Positions 39,561 to 52,226 of a stretch of DNA of 64,000 nucleotides are shown one piece after another (position 1 is the first letter of the stretch; every line of letters starts with the position of its first letter). Below the pieces are notes generated by a model, which was not told where the DNA came from, did no database searches, and saw only the letters and a list, made by a program, of their open reading frames with translations. Origin of the DNA: Vicugna vicugna. Lineage: Eukaryota. The DNA is taken from contig MU058584.1 in NCBI GenBank assembly GCA_013265495.1, positions 186,001 to 250,000 of the forward strand, written 5' to 3'. Position numbers and translations under genes: made by a program.

Positions 39561-40794
39561 CATATTGATCATATGAACAAACTCCCACTGGGAGAACATC
39601 TGCCTTGCCTTATATATCTGAGAAAAGCCCTTGTTTATTACACTCTATTAATTGAGAGCTGCTGTGCTACATATTAAATTGGGTATTTTAGTCCCTGCTT
39701 GAAAAAGAAAAGTTGAGCAAATTCATAGCTCTGGTAAGATTACATAGTGCCTGTTAGTGCAAAAACAAAGTTAGTGACTGTACTTTACAGTTGTTTGGGA
39801 TGTGTGATGCCCAGCTGCGGTCTAGGGTAGTGTTCTGTGTTTGGTGGTATTTTGATGAGATGAGCTAATAGTGTAAAAGTAATGGGTCACTATTAGTCTG
39901 TGGAAGAGGTTGAGTGGCAAGCTTTCTCTGCTTTAAAGTCTTGCTTAAAAAAAAAAAAAGAAATCCCAAGAAAGGTAGGGTGTTTCAAGAAAGTTTATGG
40001 CCTGCATTTTCTAAGTCATAAACCAACCTGGTTTTCAGCCTTCAGCTTGGCTCCCATAGAGATTAACAGTGACCTATATAAACTCCATGGTGGTTCCAGT
40101 TGTTCTACCCAGGACAGGCCCCAAGCCATTTTCACTGAAGAAGCCCAGAATGAAGAGATGTCACGGATTCTGGTGAGAAGTACTGAGTTACAGAAGCTGA
40201 CTGGGATAACTTATCTTAAAAATGAGAGAGAGGAAGCTTGCCATATTTTCTAGTGCTTTCTTAGCACTAAAAGAAGACTTAAGGTTTAATACTTGCCAAA
40301 TTTTCCTCTCTGGAACCATTCTACTGTGTGATAGAGATCTGCTGCTGCAAACCTGTCTTCTTTTTCTTTTCTTTTCCCCCCCTTTTTTTTTTCTTAATAA
40401 AAGTCATAGAACCTGAAAGGCTCTGGATAGTGTTTTCAAGATAAACAGATAAATCCCACATTGTTTCCAGTGCAGCAACTTTCTCTGGATTCTTTCACTG
40501 TCTCCTTAATGTAAGTCTTAATCACACTTGTATTAACAGTAGAAATCCTCCACAGTATCTCCTTTCATACAGCGATGTCACAAGCATTAACCCCTTAACC
40601 CTCGTAGCACCACAGGAAAGTGGCAGTCACCGTAACCTCCATTCATTGGAGAGATAGAGAAAGGAAATTAATTATGAGAATGCAGTTGACTTCCTCACCA
40701 CAAGAGCATGGGGCAGTGGAAGGCCAGGGCTAGACCTCCGGATCACTCACAGCTCTTTCTTGTGCCCTGATGCCTTTCGGTTCTTGCTCCTTGG

Positions 40795-40970
40795 AGAGGT
40801 ATACACTACATACTGTGTCGGGTCCTTGAATTAATATGTTTAACTCACACAACCACCCTGCAAGTATAATATCCCTATTTCAGATGAAGCTACAGAAACT
40901 TGCTACTAATTAGAAAAGCTGGCCTTCACACCCACATCCGTGATTCCAAAGCCTGGTGTGTCCACTGTGC
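40795..40970 (-). mobile_element. MIR fragment
   Basis: ctcacacaaccaccctgcaagtataatatccctatttcagatgaag. Confidence 0.5.
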
Positions 40971-41129
40971 CACACCAACGCCACATAATGACAATAAGTT
41001 CCATTTTACATCACTTCATAGCCTGAAAGTTCTCCACAAAGATCATCACATTTCATTCTTAAGAACTTTGGAAATATGAGTAGTTATCTTATCCTTTGCA
41101 ATAAATAAGCAAGACAGTAGTCAGAATGA

Positions 41130-41722
41130 TCTTACTACTAAACCTAAAGTCAGTCAGTGACACTCCTGCGCAGACCTTCCAATTGTGTCTCATCTGATTA
41201 GAGTAAAGGCCCAAATCCGTGTGACCTGTAAGGAGTCTGGTCCCCTGGTTCTCTTTCTGGCCTGATCTCTCCTTGCCCCCCTCATTCTCTCCACCCCAGT
41301 CACACTGGCCTCCTTGCTGTTCCTCAGATACTCAGGGCCTTTATACTGGCTGTTTCCTCAGCCTGAAATGCCCTTTCCCCAGATGCCTTCACGACTAGCT
41401 CCCCAGTTCTGTCAGGTCTTGACAAAAAAATCACCTTCCTGGTCAGACCTTCCCAGACCACTCTTTCTGGAATTCTAGTGTAGCCCCCAGTATTTCCTGT
41501 GCCCCTTCCATGCTTTAGTTTTGTCCTTAGTTTTCATCATTTTCAAGCAGACTGTGTATTTACTTCTCTTGTTTGTTATCTGCATCTTCCTGCCCACAAG
41601 AAAGGACATGCAAATGCCACAAAGAAATGAAATGCTTTTATCTGTTCTGTTCACTTCTCAACTCCAGCACCTAGAACAGGCTTGACACATAGTTGGCACT
41701 CAGTCAGCATTTGGTGAATGAA
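41130..41722 (+). mobile_element. LINE-2 3' end
   Basis: cacactggcctccttgctgttcctc...ctcagggccttt...ccagcacctagaacag...ttggtgaatgaa. Confidence 0.85.
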
Positions 41723-44161
41723 AAAAAAATTAGAAATTGGAAGATGAGAAAGGTAAACAGATTTTATTTTCTCAGAAAATGGTGTGGCCCAGAAGTGTCA
41801 GAGCTAAACCGACTGACACGGGTCTTCTGATCCATGTTCCATGCTTTTTCAGTTTGGAGCCTACCCAGAAAAGGTTGTAAGTGATTTTAAAATATAAAAC
41901 CCAGTTAATTATGAATACTTTATATGTAATTTGTACTTTCAAGGCAATTGTGTCATCAGTTACCATATCGTAGGGGATGTAGATCAGTCTGTCCTATGGA
42001 CCGTCTCCCCACAACAGGAACAATGAGAAGGTTATAGAACTTTGCATAAAGTGGTATTTCTGGCCCTCTGAATCCAAACCTCTAAAATAAGGGACTGTGT
42101 CATTTTGAAGCCCCACACAGCTCTGACTTGTCTTGACTCCATCACAAAAATGTGGGTGAAGTGCCCAATTTTCTTTTTAATTTGCTTAATTTTATGCATA
42201 CAAGGTACACAGAGTTTATTCTGGGGATGAACTATGAAGGTGTATTCCTGCAATTCCCTTTTATCATAGATGACCCATGCACATGTGTTTGGTTCTTTCC
42301 CCTACATTTATGCAAAATGTAGGCCTTTTGTCTCGCTGTTACATCACAGGATAGGCATGCACGCCGATCATCTTGTGCAGCCGAGGCTGTAGCCACTGCT
42401 TCCTCAGAGTCATCCAAGAGGCAAACAAAGCAGAAGGCAAAGCTACTTAAGGCCAAGGAACTAAATCAGGAACAGTACAGTGACACTTGGGTCAGGAAAG
42501 GAAATATGTCTACAACATAGCCCCACACTGTTGGCATTCTGAGTTAAGGACATACCAGGTTGTCCGAACTAAAAAGAAGTACACCAGTGTGTCAGGCGGG
42601 TTGTTGTCCAACAGTTTTGGCAAAGAAGGTTAAATGCAATGTTTTGCATTGTATCTCAGCCCTGTTCATTTCTTTGGTAAAAATTGTCTCTATAGATAAA
42701 GTGCAGTAATTTGGAGGTGGTGTACATGTCCTTATGAGCAGAAGGTAGCTATCCAAGCTCCTTCACAAATAATAATTACTCAGCACACAACCTGAGTAAG
42801 GTTTGTCGTCTCCACCCCTGTTACACTGTTGCACAGTGGTTTCTGACTAAGGGAACCTGCCATGAACCATGGTAAGATAGAACACATTTGAGAAAGTAAG
42901 AATGGCAAGTTAATTACTGAATTTAGAATTTGATCAGTAATCAAACCAAAACTTTGATTTTATAAGAAAATCAAACAAAATGCCAGCATCCTCAGTCATT
43001 TTTCTCTTACTTAATTTCCATTTGCTCCAGAAGAAATTAATCTCTTATTTCTCCTTATCCCAGAGCACTTTTTAGCTGCACTTGGTCAAAGGCAATTCTG
43101 TTCATTGCTTGAACTGAAGTTTCCTTAATTTATTATAATCATTACTCCTTTTGCCGTACCAGCTAGTGTTTAGAGTTCACTAATAAGTCTTGCGGTTTTC
43201 AAAACATCAGCCCATCACTACTGTATTCATTCTTAAATGACTTTTCACTGAGAGAAATAATTATCCATCACACAGAACTACAATTAGGACCCTAATAATG
43301 CATTTACTGTTTGTTAACTTCAGTTGCACATGGGCACACTTAATTTTTCTGTAATTTTTTTTGTATTTTCCTTCTGCACTGTTACCAGTGTTTTCCTTCC
43401 CTGTGTATTTTGCCTGCCGACTTGATTATAAACTACTTAAAGATAGAAACTGTGTTACATGATCATTTGGAGCAGAATACACGCTAGTTTTATGAATGAT
43501 CACAGCTAATCGGAAATTTGGTTGGACATTTCAGCTGAAAGCAGTCCCTGCCCTGATACCACCCTGGGTCCACTGAACCCACAGCCACTAGCTTTTATGA
43601 GCTCATTTTCTGTGTCTCCCATCCAAGTAACACTACTGGATACCTGGCTGCAAACCTGCAGAGTCTTTAACAAATAGGAATGAATGTGAGGAGGAGTCTG
43701 GGGAAGAAACTCATTCACTGTATCCCTGTTGTTAACACTCTTGTGAGACAACTATGGATCCTCTAAGAAGATTGTTTTGGCCATAGCAGTGACACCTATT
43801 AGGAATTGTCCCATGAGAGAGCATGAGAAATTCTCTGGAGTTCAAAAAATCAAAATGACATCCTTGATAAAAAATCTCTTTATGGTGTGAGTATCATAGT
43901 TGACACCAGGAATCTCTGGGAATTTGGTCTTGAAGCTGTTCTCAGAGTGTGGGTTGCATACATTCCACAAGGGCCTTGGGGGAGGAAGCAGGCTTAGTTT
44001 TTGGTTTTCAGCAGAGTTTGTCATCTTCACAGCCGAATGGAACACTGGAATGTGACATTTACTCAAGTATGCCCATTCTTCATTCAGTATTTATCATTTT
44101 CAATGTAGCAGGTATTGTATTTAAAAAAAAAAAAAAAAAACCACAACCTCTTTGCTTCCTG

Positions 44162-44462
44162 NNNNNNNNNNNNNNNNNNNNNNNNNNNNNNNNNNNNNNN
44201 NNNNNNNNNNNNNNNNNNNNNNNNNNNNNNNNNNNNNNNNNNNNNNNNNNNNNNNNNNNNNNNNNNNNNNNNNNNNNNNNNNNNNNNNNNNNNNNNNNNN
44301 NNNNNNNNNNNNNNNNNNNNNNNNNNNNNNNNNNNNNNNNNNNNNNNNNNNNNNNNNNNNNNNNNNNNNNNNNNNNNNNNNNNNNNNNNNNNNNNNNNNN
44401 NNNNNNNNNNNNNNNNNNNNNNNNNNNNNNNNNNNNNNNNNNNNNNNNNNNNNNNNNNNNNN
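44162..44462. other. Assembly gap (301 N)
   Basis: Run of N. Confidence 1.
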
Positions 44463-46184
44463 TTTAAAAAAAAAAAAAAGAACCACAACCTCTTTGCTTC
44501 TGTGAATCTAGTTTGTAAAACAAATGAGAGAACAAGACTTCTCTCCACCCGTCTTCATCCATGGGTATTATCATTTACTCTCTGTTCTCACTCTTTTCCT
44601 CAGCAAGTCAGATGACATTTATTGATCAGAGCATTTTTATGGTTAATTTACTTTAAAATTTTCCAAAATGTCATTTGGCTTCTTGCCCAAGAGCTTTAGT
44701 ACCAGGGTTTTACTCAGTAGCTTTGTAAATGTGACTGCTTCCTTTTTCTGAAAGAAATAGAAATAGGACTGAGAGAAAAAGGCTTCCCTGTTAAAAAGCG
44801 AAATGGCTTTTTATGGCTCAGAGAATACTAGTAGAACCGTAGCTAGAGATGGCATGTCTGTATCCCACTTGATAATAATTCAAAAATCATGATAAATTCT
44901 TGGAAAAGAGGTATTTGTTTTAAGAGTCATAAGTGGTATTACTTGTAGACTTATGTGGTAGTGTATCAAAATTCACAGAATGGAAAATTACTCCATGTAT
45001 AGAACAGTATATTCCAACTTATTTTGTGTTATAGAAATCAAAAATATTCTACAGTCCTTAAGCCATTTCTTTTGAGAATCTGAGAGAAGAGTAACAGCCA
45101 CTTCGTTTCTGATTCTGGTGAGGTTGGGACATCAGTTCTCGGCAGAGCCTTAGTTGTCCTTGGTTGCAACCTCCACCAGCTATTCAGTCATGTGTTCTCT
45201 AGTACTTTTTCTCTAAATAAATACAGAGATCTTTCCTCAGTTGTTCAGCAACTTTTCTAGATTGGCTTCCAGTAGTAGCAAAAGGAAAAATCCTTTCTTC
45301 CATCCTTTCCAGAATAAATATTTTCTAATTACCTCATCTGCAAGAGTAACGTAAACATTGGAAATGCCAAAGTGAGCTTCAGTCATTTGTAGGAATGACT
45401 AAACAAGGCAGTCGTCACTTCTTTCTTTTCCAGATACCTACAAGTGGTATCTGCTTGTGTTTCTTAACTAAAATTTTTAAAAACCCTATTTGTTATCAAA
45501 GACCTCTGTGTCTAACAGATATACTTAAAATTTTTTAAGTTTCTGGAAAAGTAAAACCTTAGATGATTCAACACTGGCTTAAATTTCAACTAAGGATGAG
45601 ATAGAATTAGCAGTCTCAGAATCTCAGCATATATTCGGCCTTACCTATTGTTAATGAAACTTGCCTGCAAGCAGGGCTGCATGTTGCAAAGCTTAAACAG
45701 AGCGATAAAACTATTTGTAAATCCAGACACCTTTATGAAGACCTGTTTCCTGGGTTTCACTTATGTAAGCCCACGAACCTATCAGCTGTAAATAACTGAG
45801 GGAGTAAAGACATGAAAGTTCTCAAATGTCTAGGCTTCTCTGAACATTATGAGATTGAAAAGCAGCGAGGTTTACTGAGAAGATTGAGAACTGCAGACAT
45901 TTCAGCAGAGAAACTGAGACCCAGAAGGGCAGATAATGTCATGGACATTGACCTGTGAGCCTGGTCTCCACCTCCCTCTTACATCCACTCCTGCCCTTTT
46001 CTTTGAGGAGGAAGGAAGTCTCTAGTTAAAAACTGAACCCCTAGGACAGCCTGTCTCTCCTGAGGGAGCTGCCTCACTCTAATTCTTGCTGAGCTCAGTT
46101 CTCTGAGTGTGGCGGAGGAGAATGCCCCCGACACCCTCTTGAAGTCAGTGTCCTGTGGGGCCACTTCCACACAACCAAGACCTC

Positions 46185-46310
46185 ATTCATTCATTCATTT
46201 ATTCATTGAAAAATGTTTACTGAGTGCCTTCTGTGTGTCTAGCCTGGGGATTCAGCAGTGAATGAGCAGATACCAATGCCTTACCCTCAGGGAGCTGACA
46301 TTCTGCTGTG
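46185..46310 (-). mobile_element. LINE-2 3' tip
   Basis: (cattc)n...tgtttactgagtgcct...ggggattcagcagtgaa...cctcagggagctgacattct. Confidence 0.75.
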
Positions 46311-48639
46311 ACTCCTCCTAGGAGTGTATCCAAGTTGAATTGAGCTTTAGTAAAGAGCAGATGTGTCAGAGAATCCTCAGGAGTTTATGGGGCCCAGAAC
46401 CTGTTGCTGTGCCCTCCAATAGGTTTTATACCTGAGCGGATGTGGAAGAGAAGAGACACATCATATTTTTAAAAAAACATGTAGAATGGTTGCCTTGAGT
46501 GTTATACAAACCACTTTCTGGCTATATATATAAGAAAATTGACTTTATGGTTTTTAGTCTAAAATTGTAATACCATGTCAGGTCTCATTCATTTTAACTT
46601 CTTGGCAATTGTTTCTAACGTATGAATGAGTTTTTCTGAATATACTTGGTATTATGTGACTATCATTCCCCAGATATTTTAAGATTCCATTTTATGAATA
46701 AAAAGTTTGCTAGACTTTTTAATAGGCTGAGAGTAATTTGATAATATCCTTAAGGACATAAGATCCTTAATGTTCTAAATTCAGATTTGGTGATTCTTTT
46801 TTGAAACTGAGTCTTTTCAACACAGTAGGCAGAAATACTGCAGAGAAAGCCATCTTGATGCACTGTGAAGAATGTATAATTCCCATACATTGATTTTAAA
46901 TGCAATTACAGAGCCACAGTTTTTCAGAAGAAAGTGCTCTTTGACCCAATGTTAGTATTTGCAGAGTTTTGATCCTTAATCTGCCTGCAGAGTAGTTGTC
47001 CCACAGGGTCTAGATTTTATAGGGAAGTGCTTCTGAATATTGATTCAGTTCTTACAGGTCTTGAATTTCAGATTGTAATACCAGAAAACAGTTTTCCAGT
47101 ACTTGGTGCTAATGATTTAACTATTAGAAGCAATAAAATTATTGGCCATCCCTAGAGTTGGGCCCCAGACCCCAGGCAAAAAAAAAAAAACAAAACAAAA
47201 AAACTGTGTCTTAGGGCAGCAAGTCAAGTCCTCAGTCTATTTCACTCAGCTTTCAGAATGAATTTTAATCCTAACCCAGTCTTCTCCTGGGTCCCTTTGT
47301 TGCTACTCATATCTGAGGTTCACTTGTTTTCAGTTTTTGAGACACTAATTGAAATGACATGATCAAGTTTCAATTTGGAAGTCTAGAAATTCAATTTAAA
47401 GAAATGAGTAATAATTGTGTTAGTCATACCCACTTTAATGGTCTTTCAGGGGCTGTTGGAGATCGATGAAATGTAACTCTTTTCTGTGAGCTAATGAAAA
47501 AAACCTCTCCCATTAGTTGGCAGCATTTTCAGGGAAAGAATAGGCAGGTCCAGAGAAAAGCAAATCTAATACCGTTAGTCTGAACAATTATGGAAATAGC
47601 CAGATTGCCTGGAATCATCCTAGGAGTCTATCAAAAGTCCTAGAGGAGCTGAAGTTAAGAAAACTAGGAACTTGACCATATAATGTTTAGACCTCTGTAG
47701 CAAAGCCCCTAAATTTCCCCGGGGATGAATTTCATCTGATCACTTTTAAAAGAGTCATTGTTGATGGTTATGAATTCAAAATGTAAACTTGAAGTTGAAG
47801 AGACGTAATTTTGGCTGTGTTTCAGAGGTCTTAATGGGATTATTTTTGTGTTTGAGGATGTTAGAAATTCTTGGGCGCTATCACCATTTCTAGGATGGCA
47901 CTTTCTCAAGTTGGGGCCAAGAGTGGTGGAACTTTCAGAAAGCAAAGAATTACCTGATAACATGACTAGCAAGTATGAAGGACAGCCAAAGTGAGACCAT
48001 GTTCTGTATTTTTCAATCTACTGGGTACCAGGGACTTTGTTAACTCTGAATACATAGTGGTGAATGAAACAGACATACTCTCTGACTTTATGGAGTTGAT
48101 GGTTTAGTGGGGTGGCATGTGTTAAAACATGTAAACAAGCCAATGTTTAATTACACATTGTGATTAGTGATATGAAGGAAAAGAACTGACATGATTTAGG
48201 GGTGCTAGTTTTGGTAGTAGAGGAGATGCACTTGTTTAACTGCTTCACCGATACTTTAAATGTGATTCTGCTGCTTTTATAACACTCCTGTAAGCTGCAA
48301 AAGGGAAGAAACCTCATTTTCTTCTGTAATTACTCACAGTTTAAAACACTCAGTATATATTGGCTGACAGTTTTGTGACCCATCATATGGTGTCCATTTT
48401 CCTTTAGAAAACTCATCCTCTGTTTAATATGGATACAGAAAATGGTACCTAAATACTTACAAGTGAGTTTGTAACCATGCCTAGCACATAGTCGGTGTGC
48501 AAATAATTGTTGAATGAATGAATGAAGATTATAAACTGAGTTTGGTTTCTCAGTTAAAAGTACTCTTAGTGTTCTGATGAAACCATAAACCTGCCCTTTC
48601 CCTTCATGCCCATCCTTCTTAACACACATGTTCCCATCA

Positions 48640-49138
48640 TTCTTTCCTCAAGAGTACCATTTCGTTTCAGGGCTCCATCTGTCTCTTGTCTGCAGATAAT
48701 TCCCAAATTGTAGATCTAGCCCTGTTTTCTCCTGCCAATCAGTCCTCGGTCCTGTTTCCTACTGCTTGCCTGTTCTCTCCACTAAAGTGTCCTCCTGGAA
48801 TCTCAGACATGTGTGCACTCAGCTCTTCCCTCGACAGCTGCATGGCTCATGCCTCACTTCCTGAGGTCTTTACTCAGAGAGGCCTCCCCTGGGCACAGCA
48901 TCTAAAACTGCAAGTCTCTCCTCACACCCCAACCCTCGCTTCCTTTTCTCCACACCACTTATTTACTGTTCTACATACTTAATGTAATTATTTTATTTTC
49001 TGTCACCCCCCCCACTTCATCTCTCCATTTATGAGAATTAAGCTCTGTGAGGGCAATGGTTTTTTTTTTCTTTCTGTTTTGTTCACTGCTCAGTGCCTGG
49101 AACATAACAGGAATTCAATAAATGTTGAATTAATGAAT
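48640..49138 (+). mobile_element. LINE-2 3' fragment
   Basis: taagctctgtgagggca...ctgttttgttcactgct...caataaatgttgaattaatgaa. Approximate. Confidence 0.7.
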
Positions 49139-49369
49139 ACATATAATTTTCAGGCATTGTATATCATAATGCTTATATTGCATTAGAAGACACAATGAAC
49201 ACATCAGGTGCTTGACATGACTTCACTGTGAGTGCAGCAGCTACAAATGCAAACCAAGACTAGGGTTTCCTGATGGTAACCCGGATGCCAGGAGTATCTT
49301 TGCCACAGGTTATGTGATTTTCTGAAATGAACAATTCTTGGTTAAGTTTAGAAAAAAACAATATTCCCA

Positions 49370-49590
49370 GCATAGTGCAGTGGTTATAAGAATGTATTCT
49401 AAAGCACCTGTGTTTGAACTTTCCTGCTCTACTATTTGCCAGGTGAGTAGCTAGTCACGTGATGTTTCTATGCTCCACTTTTCTCGTCTATAAAATGGGG
49501 GATAATAATAACAATAATAATACCTGACTTAGGAGGTTGTTTTGAGAATTAGATAAAGCGTGTCTGGCATACAGAAGCACTAGGTAAGTG
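49370..49590 (+). mobile_element. MIR SINE
   Basis: gcatagtgcagtggttataaga...tctataaaatgggggataataata...ggttgttttgagaatta. Confidence 0.75.
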
Positions 49591-49749
49591 TTCATTAAAT
49601 AAATAATTATGCAGTAGTTTTATTCCTGGAAATTTAGTGTGTATAAAACCCATGTTAAAAGTGCTTTATATTTAAATGTAAAACAGTGAGTATATTAATA
49701 TAGTAATAATCAGGGTTTTTTTTTTTACCTACATGAATATTGTATGAGA

Positions 49750-49868
49750 TATAGGATAGCTTTGCATGGGATTGTCCCTGTGCATTACAGACTGTGCAGC
49801 TTCCTGGCCCCTGCCCATTAAATTTCAGTAGTTCCCTTCAATCATCATGACCACTACAAGTGCCCCTT
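49750..49868. mobile_element. hAT MITE remnant (MER20-like)
   Basis: tgtccctgtgcattacag...cctggcccctgcccattaaatttcagtag. Confidence 0.45.
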
Positions 49869-50017
49869 AAGGGTTTGTGGTTTGCATATACATTGTTCTA
49901 GGCCCATACACTTTTTTGTGTGAAATTATTATGGATCATCTAACTCAATAAACACTTTCTCATCTGACTCCCCATTGTTCAGGAATATAATACCCATATA
50001 ATATTTAACAAATTCTA

Positions 50018-50131
50018 CTTACACTGATCCTTCTCAAACTATTCTGAAAAATTGAGCAGGAGGGAACACACCCAAATTTACTCTACGAGGCCACCATTAG
50101 CCTGATACTAAAACCAGACAAAGACACTACA
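50018..50131 (+). mobile_element. Isolated internal L1 ORF2 fragment (~115 bp)
   Basis: Translates as ILLKLF*KIEQEGTHPNLLYEATISLILKPDKDTT, matching the L1 ORF2 motif just N-terminal of the RT core. No tail or other L1 sequence is adjacent. Confidence 0.85.
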
Positions 50132-50457
50132 TACATGATTTGGTAGCCACTGCAAAGTAGCAGGACTTGTAAAATTGGAGTTAAGTTTCCATAGCAATGG
50201 TCTTAAAGAATAGGTAGGGTTAGTTAATACACAGAAACAACCAACTGCTCTTCATTGCTAGTAAGGCTGGGAAGGAAGGACATTAGTTTCAACTGTAATC
50301 AAAGAGATATGTAAGACTTGTAATGGGAAATTCACCATCAGTGGAGACTTGTAGAAATTGCAATCAGCCTATGAAAGTGGAAGAATATTTTCCATTGGCT
50401 TTTAAATAGAATATAATCCTCTGCTCAAGGCACTTAAAATTGACAGATTATTAGATT

Positions 50458-50613
50458 GAATAAATTTTAACTTTTGGTGGGTTGTAAACCCCGTTAAGAA
50501 TCTAATGGACACCCCCCCTAGAAAAATGCACACACAAATAAACCTTTGCAGGCAGTCTCAGGGAGCTTATGGACTCCCTGAATATGCATTGGACCCTAAT
50601 TTAAGACACCCTG
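50458..50613. mobile_element. hAT-Charlie MITE (Charlie4z-like)
   Basis: taactttt...ccccgttaagaatctaatg...tagaaaaatgcacac...tggaccctaatttaagacaccctg. Confidence 0.65.
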
Positions 50614-51911
50614 GATTAGATGATCTCCGTAAGTCTTTCTCTGCCTCATAAGTGACAGGCTCCGTAGCTCAGTTTTCCTAAACATAATGGATTCTGAAGA
50701 TCAAATGTTAAACTCTGGATTTTCTCCCTCTAGATTTATAATACTCAGCATGCACAGTGTAGAAGTTTAAAAAAAAAGATAATGGAATAGAAAGAATTCT
50801 ACTTTTAAATTCAATTCTTTGTCTTGGGGAAGCCAAGTGTTTAATTTTAAAAATCATGGGTTGGCTGTGTATCATCTTCATGGAAAGGCAGCACAGAGCT
50901 AGGCCTTCGCCAGCAGTCATTCTTCCCTGTCTCCACACCCAGCCCTGGATTCATGGATGAAACGCAAACTGAGATGCCACGTTGACTACCCTGCATTCTT
51001 CCAAGATCACACATCTTCTAACTGTACTGCTGTGAATGTCCAGCTTGACTGGAAAGATGTTATCTATCTATAATTCTTCAGTTTTAGGCCCGACTTTCAT
51101 TGACTACAGTTGGGAAATGACCACCCAGAATTACAAATCAGGAAATAATTTGGCCCTCTTCCTAAAATAAAGAGCTTTCATCCTCTTAGGAAGAATGGAG
51201 TGTAGTATACGTCTGTGTATATTAAATTTATATGTTAAGTATGGCTAGATATGGGTTTTCCTTTTCCCTTATGCCAGTAGTTTACCTAGAAGTCCTACAG
51301 CACTCCTTTTAATCCCAAATTGGAAATGTACTGGTTTCTTGGTACCTGGAATCCAGAACTCTAGAATTAAAGGTTACCTTAAATGCATGGAAGGGAAGTG
51401 ACAGTGAGCTCTGAGAGAGAGCATAATTGGCAGGTGTCTATAACTTGTCAGTCTTCACTGTACTTTATGTTCCTAAGTGCAATCCCTTAAATTCGTAGTT
51501 AGGAATGTCTTAATGAAATTAGAAATATTACTTATGAACAGGAGACTCTTAGCCAAGTTCTCCTTACCATTCACCTGATATGTTGGTCCTTTTGACAGTT
51601 ATCCCTTCCCAGTGCTGAACGAGGAGGGGAGGACCTATGTATTATTCCCTCCACCACCACCCCCTCTTCCTCACTAAAATCTCCTTCTGTTCCAGTTGCT
51701 CTGGGCATGGTGATACACTGCATGGAAAGCATACCAAGACATAATGTCTGTGGACAGATAATCTGTGGTATTAACTCTGACAGTGGCTCCAGCCCTTACT
51801 GAGCCAATGAAAGTTGTTTGGAAACTAGAATTGAGGAGCGGACAGGCCATCCCGGCACCATAGCTCAGCTTAGTGATTGATGAAGTCTCTCTACGCTTGA
51901 AAGCATGTTGA

Positions 51912-52226
<315 letters not shown>

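Noticed and set aside
43949..44615. Long ORFs containing X runs
   Set aside because: Artefacts of reading through the N gap.
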